64,000 bases of DNA from an uncultured Pseudomonadota bacterium (GCA_964491895.1 CAZBHK010000007.1:258-64257); one strand, 5' to 3'. Positions 15,603-24,797 are shown, counted from the stretch's first letter. The notes: generated from the sequence alone by a model not told the origin. Translations and numbers: made by a program.

Positions 15603-18600
15603 AAAAGTTTTTTTATTATTTACTGTTGCTTCTTGTCTTGCTTCAGAGTTTAAAGATCTAAATAGCTTTATAAAAAGTAGTATAGATCATTATGACTTTA
15701 AGGTAGAGGGTAGATATACACATGAATATCATCCATTTATTCTAGATAAGACTATCAATAGTTTATATCAGCTTAAGGATAGGCTTACAGTAGAAGGATT
15801 AGATCTTCAAGGACATTTAGTTGTAACTGGTTATGAAGGAGAGGCTATCCCTTCATATTATACCGATTATAACAAGGCAAAGATTAATGATGAGATGAGC
15901 TCAAAAAGTAAGGCTGGTATCTCTATTAGACCACATAATTATTTTGGGTTAATGACAGGATTTTTATTCAGAGACCTTAATTTACTTTCTACTAAATGGC
16001 TCAAGAATACGTCTGTGGTGTTTGAACATGTATGTCCAGAAAATGTTGAAATTTTAAATCTGAATGAAATTTTTCAAAGACATGCCTTTCGAGATTCTTT
16101 AGATTTTATGAATGATTATCAGGTATCGATAGAGAAGAAATTAAAAAAAGAAGATTGGAAGGGCATTTATTCAGAATTAATTAACTATTGGGATGCCTTG
16201 TATAAAAGTGAGATTACTATTATGGGTGATCAGGTCGCAGCTACACAGGATATTTTATTTTCAATAGATTACGGTAAATATCTTCTCAAATCTAATTTGC
16301 CTATGATTAAGTTTTATTGTGGTGCGGATATAACATATCCAATTGAAGAATCTATGAAGCAGGGTAAAGCGGCTACTATTAATGCACAGACCTTTGTTAA
16401 AAAGTTGGCACTAACTTTAAAACCAATAGATAGTAAAAAAACAGTTTATGTTTTTAATAGTTTTGTTGATGGTGTAGGCAAGAGTACAATGCTTGGCAAT
16501 ATTAAGAACTGGATGCAGTATGGATCTAAAATAGAAGATTATAAGCGTGTTGATAATTCTTCTTCTCAATGGGCAGAAGTCTTTCAGTTTAGTGATAGTG
16601 TATATATAGCTGATCTTCCAGCTCAAATGAGTCATTTTACATATAAGCCTGATGGACTTGTTTATGTAGAGTTTTCTTCAGAAAAAAATAAGGGCGATAC
16701 CGAGGATATTAAGAAACTTAAAACTTTTATTCTTAATAATAAAGAACAGATTTATAACAAATTTAATAAACTTTTTGATGAAATTTTAAAGATTTATAAG
16801 GAGAATGGACCTTTTGAAAAATCTTTAAATAATCAGAATATGCCAGATAGAGCATTTATTAAAAACTTGATCCTGTTAAATAAAATAGATTCTCCATGGG
16901 TTGCTTTTGAGTATGAAGGTGAAAAATATTTATTTAATTATGACATTCCTTCAGAAATTCGTATTCTGCGTACAATAGCTGGAGCATCTTCTTATGGATT
17001 GAAAAATATAGAATCAGAACAAATGTTGTTTTTTGAGGGAATACGATTTCCAGTAGCCTATCAAAGTTTTTTAGATGACCTTGTAGCTAAATTAAAAAAA
17101 GAAAATATTGAAAAAGTAGTGTTTGTAGATTTCTTAAGTATGTATCCACGTTCATCTAGGGAAAATATTCGTATAAATTACTTAGTACAGCAGATGGCTC
17201 TTCTTGATAGTAAGTTTGAAACTAAGAAATCCCTTTATAAGAACTTTATAAGTCCTGCAGAGCTTTATAGTGATATCTTGAATAAGAAGATGCGCACTAC
17301 TATGTTAAATGGTTTTGAACTTGAAATTATTACTAGATACCTATTATATAAATTTTTGGAAAAACGACCAAGTAATAATTTAGAAGGGTTAAGTATTTTT
17401 GATTTAACCATTTTACTTGATAAAGGGTTAAAGAATTTTAAAAAGAATAAGAAATTTTATAATTTTTTACATGATTTATCAAATGAAAAGTTTATGTTTG
17501 AAGAGGAAACTTTGAAAAAAGTTTTTGGGTTAAAAAAAGAGTTTGTTAATATTCAGCAATTTTCTTTTGATCTAGCAAAAACTTTTTCAGATATAATGCA
17601 GTTATACTTTACTGAGTATTTTAAGAATGATCGTCTTAATAAGCTTTGGGATGGATTAGAGGAAGAGGTTTCTGCTGTGCAGTTTCCACAGTATTCACTT
17701 GGATTTGTTAAGGAAGAAAGAAATATTTTATCCCTTAATAGTGGTACTAATCTTTGGGTACATTTTGATTTTCCAATTGATTATCATCAAAGTAATTTTT
17801 TAGCACCATTTTTTCAAACATTGCGTGCTAACTGGTATGCTTCTTTAGCTAATTTGCTTTTTTTACATGAAAAATATTCCGTGCCTCCAATGGTTTTAAA
17901 ATATGGAAAACTTTATTCAAATAGTTTGGAGTTTGATAGGATTTATTTAGGCCAAAAAGTACTTCCTGAGTGGATCGGTAACAGACAGAAAAAAATAACA
18001 ATGTTTAACTTGAGCACTTTTAGTAACCAACAGTGGGGAGAGTTTAACTCAAAACCATATCTTTTAGATTGGGATAATGGATATCCTACTAATTATGGAA
18101 TGTTTGCCTTTGGTCTTCCAAAAATTAAGCAAAAATCAACAATGGAATTTTTTGTAAAATTTTCTCCGATTGCTAGCATTATTACTGAGTATCAGAAAAA
18201 GAATGGTCTTCAATCTGTATTGCCTACATCACAATTGTATTTAGAGCTTAAAAAAAATTCTAATTGGTATGATGAATATAAGCGATTGTATCAACAAGCA
18301 AGACAGAATGGTTATTATGATCCTTCAAAAACCTTTAATACTGTAAGGCATACTGGAGAAGTTAAAAATATTTATCTTGGTACACAGAAAATGAAAACAG
18401 GTGCGGCATTATTTGTAAGAATGATTGCAACCTTGGAAATGATAGTTAAGGATGCAGATTCAGATATTGTTGTACGTAAAGGAAATAAGCAAGACTTTGT
18501 GGCAGCATTACATCTTATAGAAAAAATTACTTTACCTAGATACTTCGGAATAATATTTGAAGAACCACTATTTGATGATTATACTAAAGTGGAACCAGTT

Positions 18601-18639
18601 ATTCATTGGAGTGAATTTGATACTTACCTATATACATAA
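15595..18639 (+). CDS. 1014-aa putative lipoprotein or anchored protein with a nucleoside/nucleotide-kinase-like P-loop (cluster gene G)
   Basis: The ATG overlaps the gene F stop by 8 nt. N-terminus MFKKVFLLFTVASC carries a lipobox-like VASC. Single P-loop NSFVDGVGKSTMLGN resembles the (E/D)G.(D/I)G.GKST loop of dTMP/deoxynucleoside kinases. The rest is unrecognised. Confidence 0.7.
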   Translation: MFKKVFLLFTVASCLASEFKDLNSFIKSSIDHYDFKVEGRYTHEYHPFILDKTINSLYQLKDRLTVEGLDLQGHLVVTGYEGEAIPSYYTDYNKAKINDEMSSKSKAGISIRPHNYFGLMTGFLFRDLNLLSTKWLKNTSVVFEHVCPENVEILNLNEIFQRHAFRDSLDFMNDYQVSIEKKLKKEDWKGIYSELINYWDALYKSEITIMGDQVAATQDILFSIDYGKYLLKSNLPMIKFYCGADITYPIEESMKQGKAATINAQTFVKKLALTLKPIDSKKTVYVFNSFVDGVGKSTMLGNIKNWMQYGSKIEDYKRVDNSSSQWAEVFQFSDSVYIADLPAQMSHFTYKPDGLVYVEFSSEKNKGDTEDIKKLKTFILNNKEQIYNKFNKLFDEILKIYKENGPFEKSLNNQNMPDRAFIKNLILLNKIDSPWVAFEYEGEKYLFNYDIPSEIRILRTIAGASSYGLKNIESEQMLFFEGIRFPVAYQSFLDDLVAKLKKENIEKVVFVDFLSMYPRSSRENIRINYLVQQMALLDSKFETKKSLYKNFISPAELYSDILNKKMRTTMLNGFELEIITRYLLYKFLEKRPSNNLEGLSIFDLTILLDKGLKNFKKNKKFYNFLHDLSNEKFMFEEETLKKVFGLKKEFVNIQQFSFDLAKTFSDIMQLYFTEYFKNDRLNKLWDGLEEEVSAVQFPQYSLGFVKEERNILSLNSGTNLWVHFDFPIDYHQSNFLAPFFQTLRANWYASLANLLFLHEKYSVPPMVLKYGKLYSNSLEFDRIYLGQKVLPEWIGNRQKKITMFNLSTFSNQQWGEFNSKPYLLDWDNGYPTNYGMFAFGLPKIKQKSTMEFFVKFSPIASIITEYQKKNGLQSVLPTSQLYLELKKNSNWYDEYKRLYQQARQNGYYDPSKTFNTVRHTGEVKNIYLGTQKMKTGAALFVRMIATLEMIVKDADSDIVVRKGNKQDFVAALHLIEKITLPRYFGIIFEEPLFDDYTKVEPVIHWSEFDTYLYT

Positions 18640-18995
18640 TATATTAAGAAATTTTTCATTATTTCGAGCTCTTTTAAATTAAATAATTTATTGGGTAACT
18701 TTGCTTTTTTAGCATTGAACGCTTTATCCAAATCATTTAAAGTGAACTCTGGATTAGAAAAAAGACCTAACCCTTTTATACAAAAGATAATAGGCATCTC
18801 ATTACATTGTTTCTTAGGATGCTTAATGTTAAATTGTTCAATTAATACAAGAACTTTTTCTCTTAATTCTTCTTGTGTAGGACTTTGTATTGGGCTTTGT
18901 TCTTTAAATTCCTCTTGAAAAAACCATTCTAGCTCGTCGTTAATTGCATTTAATGTTGATAAAGAGAATAATATTATTAATAATAAATTTTTCAT
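18624..18995 (-). CDS. Small secreted protein, unknown function
   Basis: MKNLLLIILFSLSTLNA signal peptide. Convergent with gene G, with a 16-nt 3' overlap. Confidence 0.5.
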   Translation of the reverse strand: MKNLLLIILFSLSTLNAINDELEWFFQEEFKEQSPIQSPTQEELREKVLVLIEQFNIKHPKKQCNEMPIIFCIKGLGLFSNPEFTLNDLDKAFNAKKAKLPNKLFNLKELEIMKNFLIYYVYR

Positions 18996-19150
18996 TTCTG
19001 TGCGTATTTAATTAAAGGTTCTATTGATGAATTTAAAGTTATTTAAATAATAAATTACTTTTCTATATAGCAATATGTACTGTTTTTAACAAAAATGCAA
19101 CTTTCTGGTATTTTAGATAATATTTTTTAATAAAAATAATTTTGAGAGCT

Positions 19151-21718
19151 ATGATGCAAAGTGAGAATTTAACACCATTAATGAAACAATATTTTAATAT
19201 TCGTAATCAGTATCCGGATACATTATTATTTTTTCAAGTGGGTGATTTTTATGAATTATTTTTTGATGATGCAAGGACTGCGTCATCATTTTTAGCTATA
19301 GCTTTAACAAAGCGAGGGAAATCTAATGGTGAAGATGTTCCACTATGTGGGATCCCTGTACATGCATTAACTCATTATCTTACAAAACTTGTTAAGGGTG
19401 GATTTAAGGTAGCAATATGTGATCAGCTTTCTGAACCTAAACCTGGAACTGTTGTAGAAAGAGCTGTAACAAGGGTGTTTACACCAGGTACGCTAACTGA
19501 CCCACAAATGTTGGATGAAAAATCTGCATCATATATTTTGAGCTTTGCTCAAGTGGAAAATGAATGGGCACTTGTATTTGCTGAGCTACTTACAGGGCAG
19601 ATTTTTGCCACTGTAATTCAAAAAGATTCTTATCGGATTTTGGAGTCTGAACTTTCTAGGTTTTTTCCAGATGAAGTGATAGTTACAGAAGAAGAATTAT
19701 TTTTCAAAAAGAAGGGTTATTGGACCTCTAAGTATTCATCAGTTGAGGATACTTATACACAGTGGTTAGAGCAATTTGACTCAGCTGTTGTAAATAAAAT
19801 TAAGAATACTGTTCTTAATAGTGCTTTGCAGTTATTACATAGTTACTTAACTCGTACAAAATATTTTTTACATCCATTTAATAACATACAGTTTTATCAG
19901 TCTGATGATTATCTTTATCTAGACGCATCTACACAAAGAAACCTAGAAATAGTTGTTAATAATCAGGATGGTAGTAGAAAAAATAGTTTGCTTTCTATAG
20001 TTGATTGTGCAAAGACTTCTATGGGCTCTCGAACTATTAAAAAATGGCTTACCAGGCCATTATTACAAAAGAAGATGATTATTCAACGACAAGAGGTTGT
20101 TAAAGCAATTAAAGATAATGTTGAGGTTATGCAAAAGTTATCTGGATTATTAAGTAATCTTGCCGACTTAGAAAGAATTGTTGGTAGAATTGCATTACAA
20201 AAAGCTTCTATTCAGGATTATGTTGCGCTAAAACAATCTCTAAACATTATTCCGCTTATTAAGGCTGTTATAGTACATAAACAAGAGTTTGATTTAATTA
20301 AAAGACTTTTGAGTAAATTATTTGATTATTCTGTGTTAGTTGAATACTTACATGCTAGTTTAGAAGAAGATTTTTCTAGTGGATTGATTATTAAAAGGGG
20401 CTTTGATCATAATCTGGATAGAATTCGTGCTCTTGTTGGAAATTCACAAAAAGAGCTACTTAAGCTTGAAGAAGAAGAGATTCGTAAAACAGGTATTAAC
20501 AGTTTAAAGATACGCTACAATAATATTACTGGTTATATGATTGAGATAACTAAGACACATTTGGATAAAATTCCAGAGCATTATAAACGTATTCAGAGCT
20601 TAAGTAATAAAGAACGGTTTATTATAAAAGAGTTACTTGAACTGCAAAATGAAATATTACAAGCACAAAAACAAATACAGTCTTTAGAGAATGAAATCTT
20701 TCAACAGGTTAAGGCTGAGGTATATAAAAAACTTTCTGCATTACGTCATTCCGCTAATGCATTGGCTTATTTGGATGCATTGTATGGCTTTGCTGTTGTA
20801 GCATATGAAAATAATTACAAGTTACCAGTCTTTAATGATAATGGTGATATTTTGATTAAAGAGGGCCGACATCCTGTTATTGAATCTAAGATAAGCAGTT
20901 TCATTCCTAATGATACTTTTCTTAATAAACAGGAATCATTATGGATTATTACTGGTCCGAATATGGGTGGTAAGTCAACTTATTTAAGGCAGGTTGCTCT
21001 AATGTGTATCTTGGCACAATGTGGTAGTCTTGTACCTGCAAATGAAGCTAGTTTGCCTATTATTGATAGAATTTTTACGCGTATAGGTAGTGGTGATAAT
21101 TTAGCAGAAGGGAAAAGTACTTTTTTAGTAGAGATGGAAGAAACCTCTCTAATATGTACTCAAGCTACAAAAAATAGTTTGGTTATTTTAGATGAAGTAG
21201 GTAGAGGAACATCTACATTTGATGGTTTGGCTATAGCTCAAGCAGTCATAGAGTATATATATGATAGTATAGGAGCCAAGTGTCTTTTTGCTACACATTA
21301 TCATGAACTTACAAATTTGAAAGAACATTTTTCTGCCATTGTAAATTATCATATGCTTTGTAAGAAGACTGATAATGGAATTATATTTTTACATAAAATA
21401 GAAAAGGGTGTTTCATTAGGAAGCTTTGGAATTGATGTTGCTAAGTTAGCAGAGATGCCTGCTTTGTTAATTAATAGAGCACGAGATATTTTGTATTCTT
21501 TAGAAAATATCTCACGGTTTCGTGATAAGGATTTATATAAGCATGAGAATAGATCTATAAATAGTGACATTTTAGCTGACAAAGTTATTACTCTTGAAAA
21601 TGAATTAGTAAAAAAAGAAAAACTTTTTATAAAAATACGTGAAATCAATCTTGATGATCTTACTCCTAGAAAAGCACTTGAACTATTATGGGATTTGAAA
21701 AAGACTATTTCTTCTTAG
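19151..21718 (+). CDS. mutS: DNA mismatch repair protein MutS
   Basis: TPLMKQYF..K...PD.LLFFQVGDFYELFFDDA mismatch-binding N-terminus, Walker A GPNMGGKSTYLRQ, and STFLVEMEE / DEVGRGTSTFDG motifs. ATG 19151 is preferred over the track's TTG 19142. Confidence 0.95.
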   Translation: MMQSENLTPLMKQYFNIRNQYPDTLLFFQVGDFYELFFDDARTASSFLAIALTKRGKSNGEDVPLCGIPVHALTHYLTKLVKGGFKVAICDQLSEPKPGTVVERAVTRVFTPGTLTDPQMLDEKSASYILSFAQVENEWALVFAELLTGQIFATVIQKDSYRILESELSRFFPDEVIVTEEELFFKKKGYWTSKYSSVEDTYTQWLEQFDSAVVNKIKNTVLNSALQLLHSYLTRTKYFLHPFNNIQFYQSDDYLYLDASTQRNLEIVVNNQDGSRKNSLLSIVDCAKTSMGSRTIKKWLTRPLLQKKMIIQRQEVVKAIKDNVEVMQKLSGLLSNLADLERIVGRIALQKASIQDYVALKQSLNIIPLIKAVIVHKQEFDLIKRLLSKLFDYSVLVEYLHASLEEDFSSGLIIKRGFDHNLDRIRALVGNSQKELLKLEEEEIRKTGINSLKIRYNNITGYMIEITKTHLDKIPEHYKRIQSLSNKERFIIKELLELQNEILQAQKQIQSLENEIFQQVKAEVYKKLSALRHSANALAYLDALYGFAVVAYENNYKLPVFNDNGDILIKEGRHPVIESKISSFIPNDTFLNKQESLWIITGPNMGGKSTYLRQVALMCILAQCGSLVPANEASLPIIDRIFTRIGSGDNLAEGKSTFLVEMEETSLICTQATKNSLVILDEVGRGTSTFDGLAIAQAVIEYIYDSIGAKCLFATHYHELTNLKEHFSAIVNYHMLCKKTDNGIIFLHKIEKGVSLGSFGIDVAKLAEMPALLINRARDILYSLENISRFRDKDLYKHENRSINSDILADKVITLENELVKKEKLFIKIREINLDDLTPRKALELLWDLKKTISS

Positions 21719-21962
21719 TTTTTAAGTAATTGATTATATCATTACTTTCATACATTTTAGTATTACCATCAACTAGAAATGGTACTTGTCTTTTACCACC
21801 AAGTTTTATAAGCCTATCCATATTGTCTTTTGCATCAACTATTGTTACTTGATTTTCTATATTCAGTTTTTTAATTTCGTCTTTAACTTTAACACAATAG
21901 GGACACCATTCCGTTACAAATAATTCCATCATCATTAGTATTGATAAATATTTTTTTATCAT
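21705..21962 (-). CDS. Glutaredoxin / NrdH-like small redoxin
   Basis: ELFVTEWCPYCVKVKDEI.. carries a CPYC active site, and RQVPFLVDG matches the Grx fold motif. The track's longer N-terminal extension runs into the divergent ankyrin gene, so the start was trimmed to ATG 21962 (an internal MMM at about 21935 is also possible). Confidence 0.8.
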   Translation of the reverse strand: MIKKYLSILMMMELFVTEWCPYCVKVKDEIKKLNIENQVTIVDAKDNMDRLIKLGGKRQVPFLVDGNTKMYESNDIINYLKTKKK

Positions 21963-22011
21963 ATAATTTACCCTTTCTTTATCATTATATTTAACAAGTA
22001 AAGGGATTTTT

Positions 22012-22371
22012 ATGAAATATTTAAAATTAATTCTTTTAAATATTATTTTGATGTCGTCAGTTTTTGCTGTTGATAAAGCAAGTCTAGTAGGTAATACACC
22101 CCTACACAAAGCAGTTCAGGAACAGGATACAAAAGCTGTTGCTACATTATTGAAAGATGGAGCATTAGTTGATAAAAGAAATTATTTTTGTCAGACATCG
22201 CTATATATAGCTACCAAGCTAGGTAATACTGATATTGCTGCTCAACTACTTAAGGCCGATGCAAGGATTAATGCATTAAATTGCTTACGTGAAACACCAT
22301 TACATATAGCGGTTAGAGCACAGCAATTAAAGATGATTGTATTTTTGCTTAGTGAGGGTGCTGATTGGTAA
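22012..22371 (+). CDS. Secreted ankyrin-repeat protein (ends inside a repeat)
   Basis: Signal peptide LKLILLNIILMSSVFA, then ANK repeats (GNTPLHKAVQEQDTKAVATLLKDGALVD, QTSLYIATKLGNTDIAAQLLKADARIN, RETPLHIAVRAQQLKMIVFLLSEGADW*). Confidence 0.8.
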   Translation: MKYLKLILLNIILMSSVFAVDKASLVGNTPLHKAVQEQDTKAVATLLKDGALVDKRNYFCQTSLYIATKLGNTDIAAQLLKADARINALNCLRETPLHIAVRAQQLKMIVFLLSEGADW

Positions 22372-22557
22372 GCTAGAAACTTGAAGGGCGATACTCCGGT
22401 TGATTATGCCTTTAACAAATTTCCGCGGAATTCTCCATCCAAAATCTCTTAGATTTGGGTGGCGATGGATAGCGGATAGACCGTAGGTCTAAAAATATTT
22501 TTATAAAGCTTATTCTTTTGATACTATGGTAATAGGTTTTCAAAGGGAGAGTAAGAT

Positions 22558-23769
22558 ATGCTCAAGGCGTATAAGTACAGAATATATCCTAATGCAATTC
22601 AGAGGCAGAAATTTGCCGAACATTTTGGTTGTGTTAGATGGGTATACAACTGGGCTCTTACTAGAAGACAATCACATTACAAAGAAACTGGCTTAACTTT
22701 ATCTAGGATAGAACTTCAAAATGAGTTAGTTTCTCTTAAAAAAGAAATAAGCTGGTTGAAAGAAGTGAATAGTCAGTCACTTCTAGCCTCATTGATCAAT
22801 TTTGATACTGCATACAAAAACTTTTTCAAAAGACAGACTCAGTTTCCAAGATTCAAAAGTAAATATCATGGAAGACAGTCATATCAATGCCCACAGCATG
22901 TAAAAGTAGATCTTGATAAGAATTTTGTTAACCTTCCTAAAATCAAACGTATTAAAATTGAATTACATAGAAAATTCTCTGGTGAGATTAAAACTTGTAC
23001 AGTAAGTAAAACTCCGACAGATAAGTATTTTATTAGTGTATTAGTAGATACAAATGTGTTAACGCCTGTATCTTCTCCTATAGAAGGAGATAAAACACTA
23101 GGTATAGACCTTGGCATAAAAGATTTTGTAATAACTAGCTCAGGTGATAAAGAACCAAACCATAAATATCTTTATAAGAATCAAAAGCGATTGAAATCTG
23201 CACAAAGAAAATTTTTCAAGAAGATTAAAGGTTCAGCTAACAGAGCTAAAGCTAGAAAAAAGGTAGCAAAAATATATGAAAAACTAACAAGTCAACGTCA
23301 AGATAGAGCACATCAGATCTCAGCAAAATTAGTATACAAGAACCACGATACTAGTTTTGCAATAGAAGATCTAAATGTGCAAGGAATGATGAAAAATCAC
23401 AAACTTGCTAAATCTATTGGTGATTGTGGATGGCATTTTTTTACAAAAACACTACAGTATAAATCACAATGGTCAGGTAAGAATGTGATAATGATTGATC
23501 GCTGGTTTCCATCCTCTAAGACTTGTTCCCAATGTGGCAAGATCAAGGAAAAACTATCTTTATCAACACGTACTTACGAATGTGAGTATTGTGGTGCTAT
23601 TATAGATAGGGATATAAATGCGGCAATCAATATAAAGAAAGTTGCGTTATTGCAAATAGGGCCGGGACGGTCCGAATATAAGCCTGTGGACCATGCTATG
23701 GCGGGGACTGCTATTAGTAGTAGTCTAGTTATCCATGGAGAGAAGCAGGAAGCCCACACCATAGCATAG
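22558..23769 (+). CDS. tnpB: TnpB (OrfB) RNA-guided nuclease-like transposon protein
   Basis: N-terminal KAYKYRIYPN..Q...F...FGC.RWVYNW, RuvC-like GIDLGIKDF and AIEDLNVQGM, a zinc finger CSQCG...YECEYCG, and DRDINAAINI. Confidence 0.9.
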   Translation: MLKAYKYRIYPNAIQRQKFAEHFGCVRWVYNWALTRRQSHYKETGLTLSRIELQNELVSLKKEISWLKEVNSQSLLASLINFDTAYKNFFKRQTQFPRFKSKYHGRQSYQCPQHVKVDLDKNFVNLPKIKRIKIELHRKFSGEIKTCTVSKTPTDKYFISVLVDTNVLTPVSSPIEGDKTLGIDLGIKDFVITSSGDKEPNHKYLYKNQKRLKSAQRKFFKKIKGSANRAKARKKVAKIYEKLTSQRQDRAHQISAKLVYKNHDTSFAIEDLNVQGMMKNHKLAKSIGDCGWHFFTKTLQYKSQWSGKNVIMIDRWFPSSKTCSQCGKIKEKLSLSTRTYECEYCGAIIDRDINAAINIKKVALLQIGPGRSEYKPVDHAMAGTAISSSLVIHGEKQEAHTIA

Positions 23770-23785
23770 CTTGGTGGTCGGTAGT
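23600..23785 (+). ncRNA. Possible TnpB-associated omega/right-end RNA scaffold (position inferred, not demonstrated)
   Basis: In characterised TnpB elements the guide RNA scaffold overlaps the 3' end of tnpB and ends at the IS right end. This stretch is distinctly GC-richer than its surroundings (gggccgggacggtccg.., caccatagcatagcttggtg hairpin). Confidence 0.3.
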
Positions 23786-24787
23786 TCACTCCCACTCCAG
23801 TGAGCCGGCGGATTGATATTCTGTAACTCGAGTTTCGAAAAAGTTTTTTTCTTTAGAAAGGTCTGTGGATTGTGACATCCATGGGAACGGATTTTCCTTA
23901 TTATAAACTTTAGGTAGATCTATACGTTCAAGCCTTCTATCTGCTATGTGTTGTACATAATCTATAAATTGTTGGGAGTTGATACCAAGCATTCCCTTAG
24001 GGCATGCATCGTAAGCATAAGCTTCTTCTAGCATTACTGATTCTTTAATTAGATTAGAGATGTCTTTTTGGAATTTATATGTCCATGCTTCTGGATATTC
24101 TTTTTTGATCGTGTTGATTAAATCACATCCAAATGCAAGGTGTATACTTTCATCACGCATAATATATTCAAATTGTTCCCCAATACCCACCATCTTATTT
24201 TGTCGCTTAAGCGCTAGCATCATTGCAAAACCTGCATAGAAGAATATTCCTTCCATTATTACGTAGTAACCTATTAAGTCATGAAGGAATTTTTGGATAT
24301 CTTCAATTGTCTTGATATCAAAGGTTGGGTTTAATATAGAGGTTGTTAATGAGATAACGAAATCATCTTTTTTTTTAATTGTTTCAATAGTGTTATACAT
24401 GTTATAAATTTCATCAGGATTGAGCCCTAAGGAATCACAACAGTATATAAAGGTATCAGTATGAACAGCTTCTTCAAAGGCTTGTCTTAATAAATATTGT
24501 CTTGCTTCAGGGTTGGTTACATGTCTATATACTGCAAGAACAAGATTGTTTGCAGTAAGTGATTCTGCTGTGGAAAAGAAACCCAGATTCCATAGTATAA
24601 GTCTTCGTTCTGTTGTACTAAGTTCATTAGGGGCCTTCCATTGTTCGACATCCTTTTGCATGGATACTTCTTCAGGTGTCCATGTATTAGCAATACCATC
24701 TTTATAATGTTGTCTAGCCCAATGATAGGTCATTGGCAAGATTTTGTTTGGGTCTGTTGTACCGTTATTTAATATTGATTTTTTCAT
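23786..24787 (-). CDS. nrdB: Ribonucleotide reductase small subunit, class Ic-like (R2c)
   Basis: Ferritin-like R2 motifs FFSTAESL, EEAVHTDTF, MEGIFFYAGFA, RDESIHL, and the C-terminal NFFETRVTEYQ. ATG 24787 (AGGAAA upstream, 10 nt after the nrdA stop) is preferred over 24814. Confidence 0.92.
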   Translation of the reverse strand: MKKSILNNGTTDPNKILPMTYHWARQHYKDGIANTWTPEEVSMQKDVEQWKAPNELSTTERRLILWNLGFFSTAESLTANNLVLAVYRHVTNPEARQYLLRQAFEEAVHTDTFIYCCDSLGLNPDEIYNMYNTIETIKKKDDFVISLTTSILNPTFDIKTIEDIQKFLHDLIGYYVIMEGIFFYAGFAMMLALKRQNKMVGIGEQFEYIMRDESIHLAFGCDLINTIKKEYPEAWTYKFQKDISNLIKESVMLEEAYAYDACPKGMLGINSQQFIDYVQHIADRRLERIDLPKVYNKENPFPWMSQSTDLSKEKNFFETRVTEYQSAGSLEWE

Positions 24788-24797
24788 TATATTTCCT

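Larger units (their letters stand above)
22430..23785 (+). mobile_element. TnpB-only IS200/IS605-family (IS1341-like) element; ends approximate
   Basis: Single tnpB ORF with no Y1 transposase. GC-richer flanks hold imperfect hairpins at 22437-22460 and 22477-22491 (tagacc gta ggtcta). It sits between the ankyrin gene and the nrdB stop. Confidence 0.7.

Noticed and set aside
23786-23850. The idea that the IS insertion truncated or rewrote the NrdB C-terminus.
   Set aside because: The C-terminus ...EKNFFETRVTEYQSAGSLEWE matches the conserved R2 tail pattern (NFFE.RV.EYQ), so it looks native. The IS seems to have inserted just beyond the stop codon.
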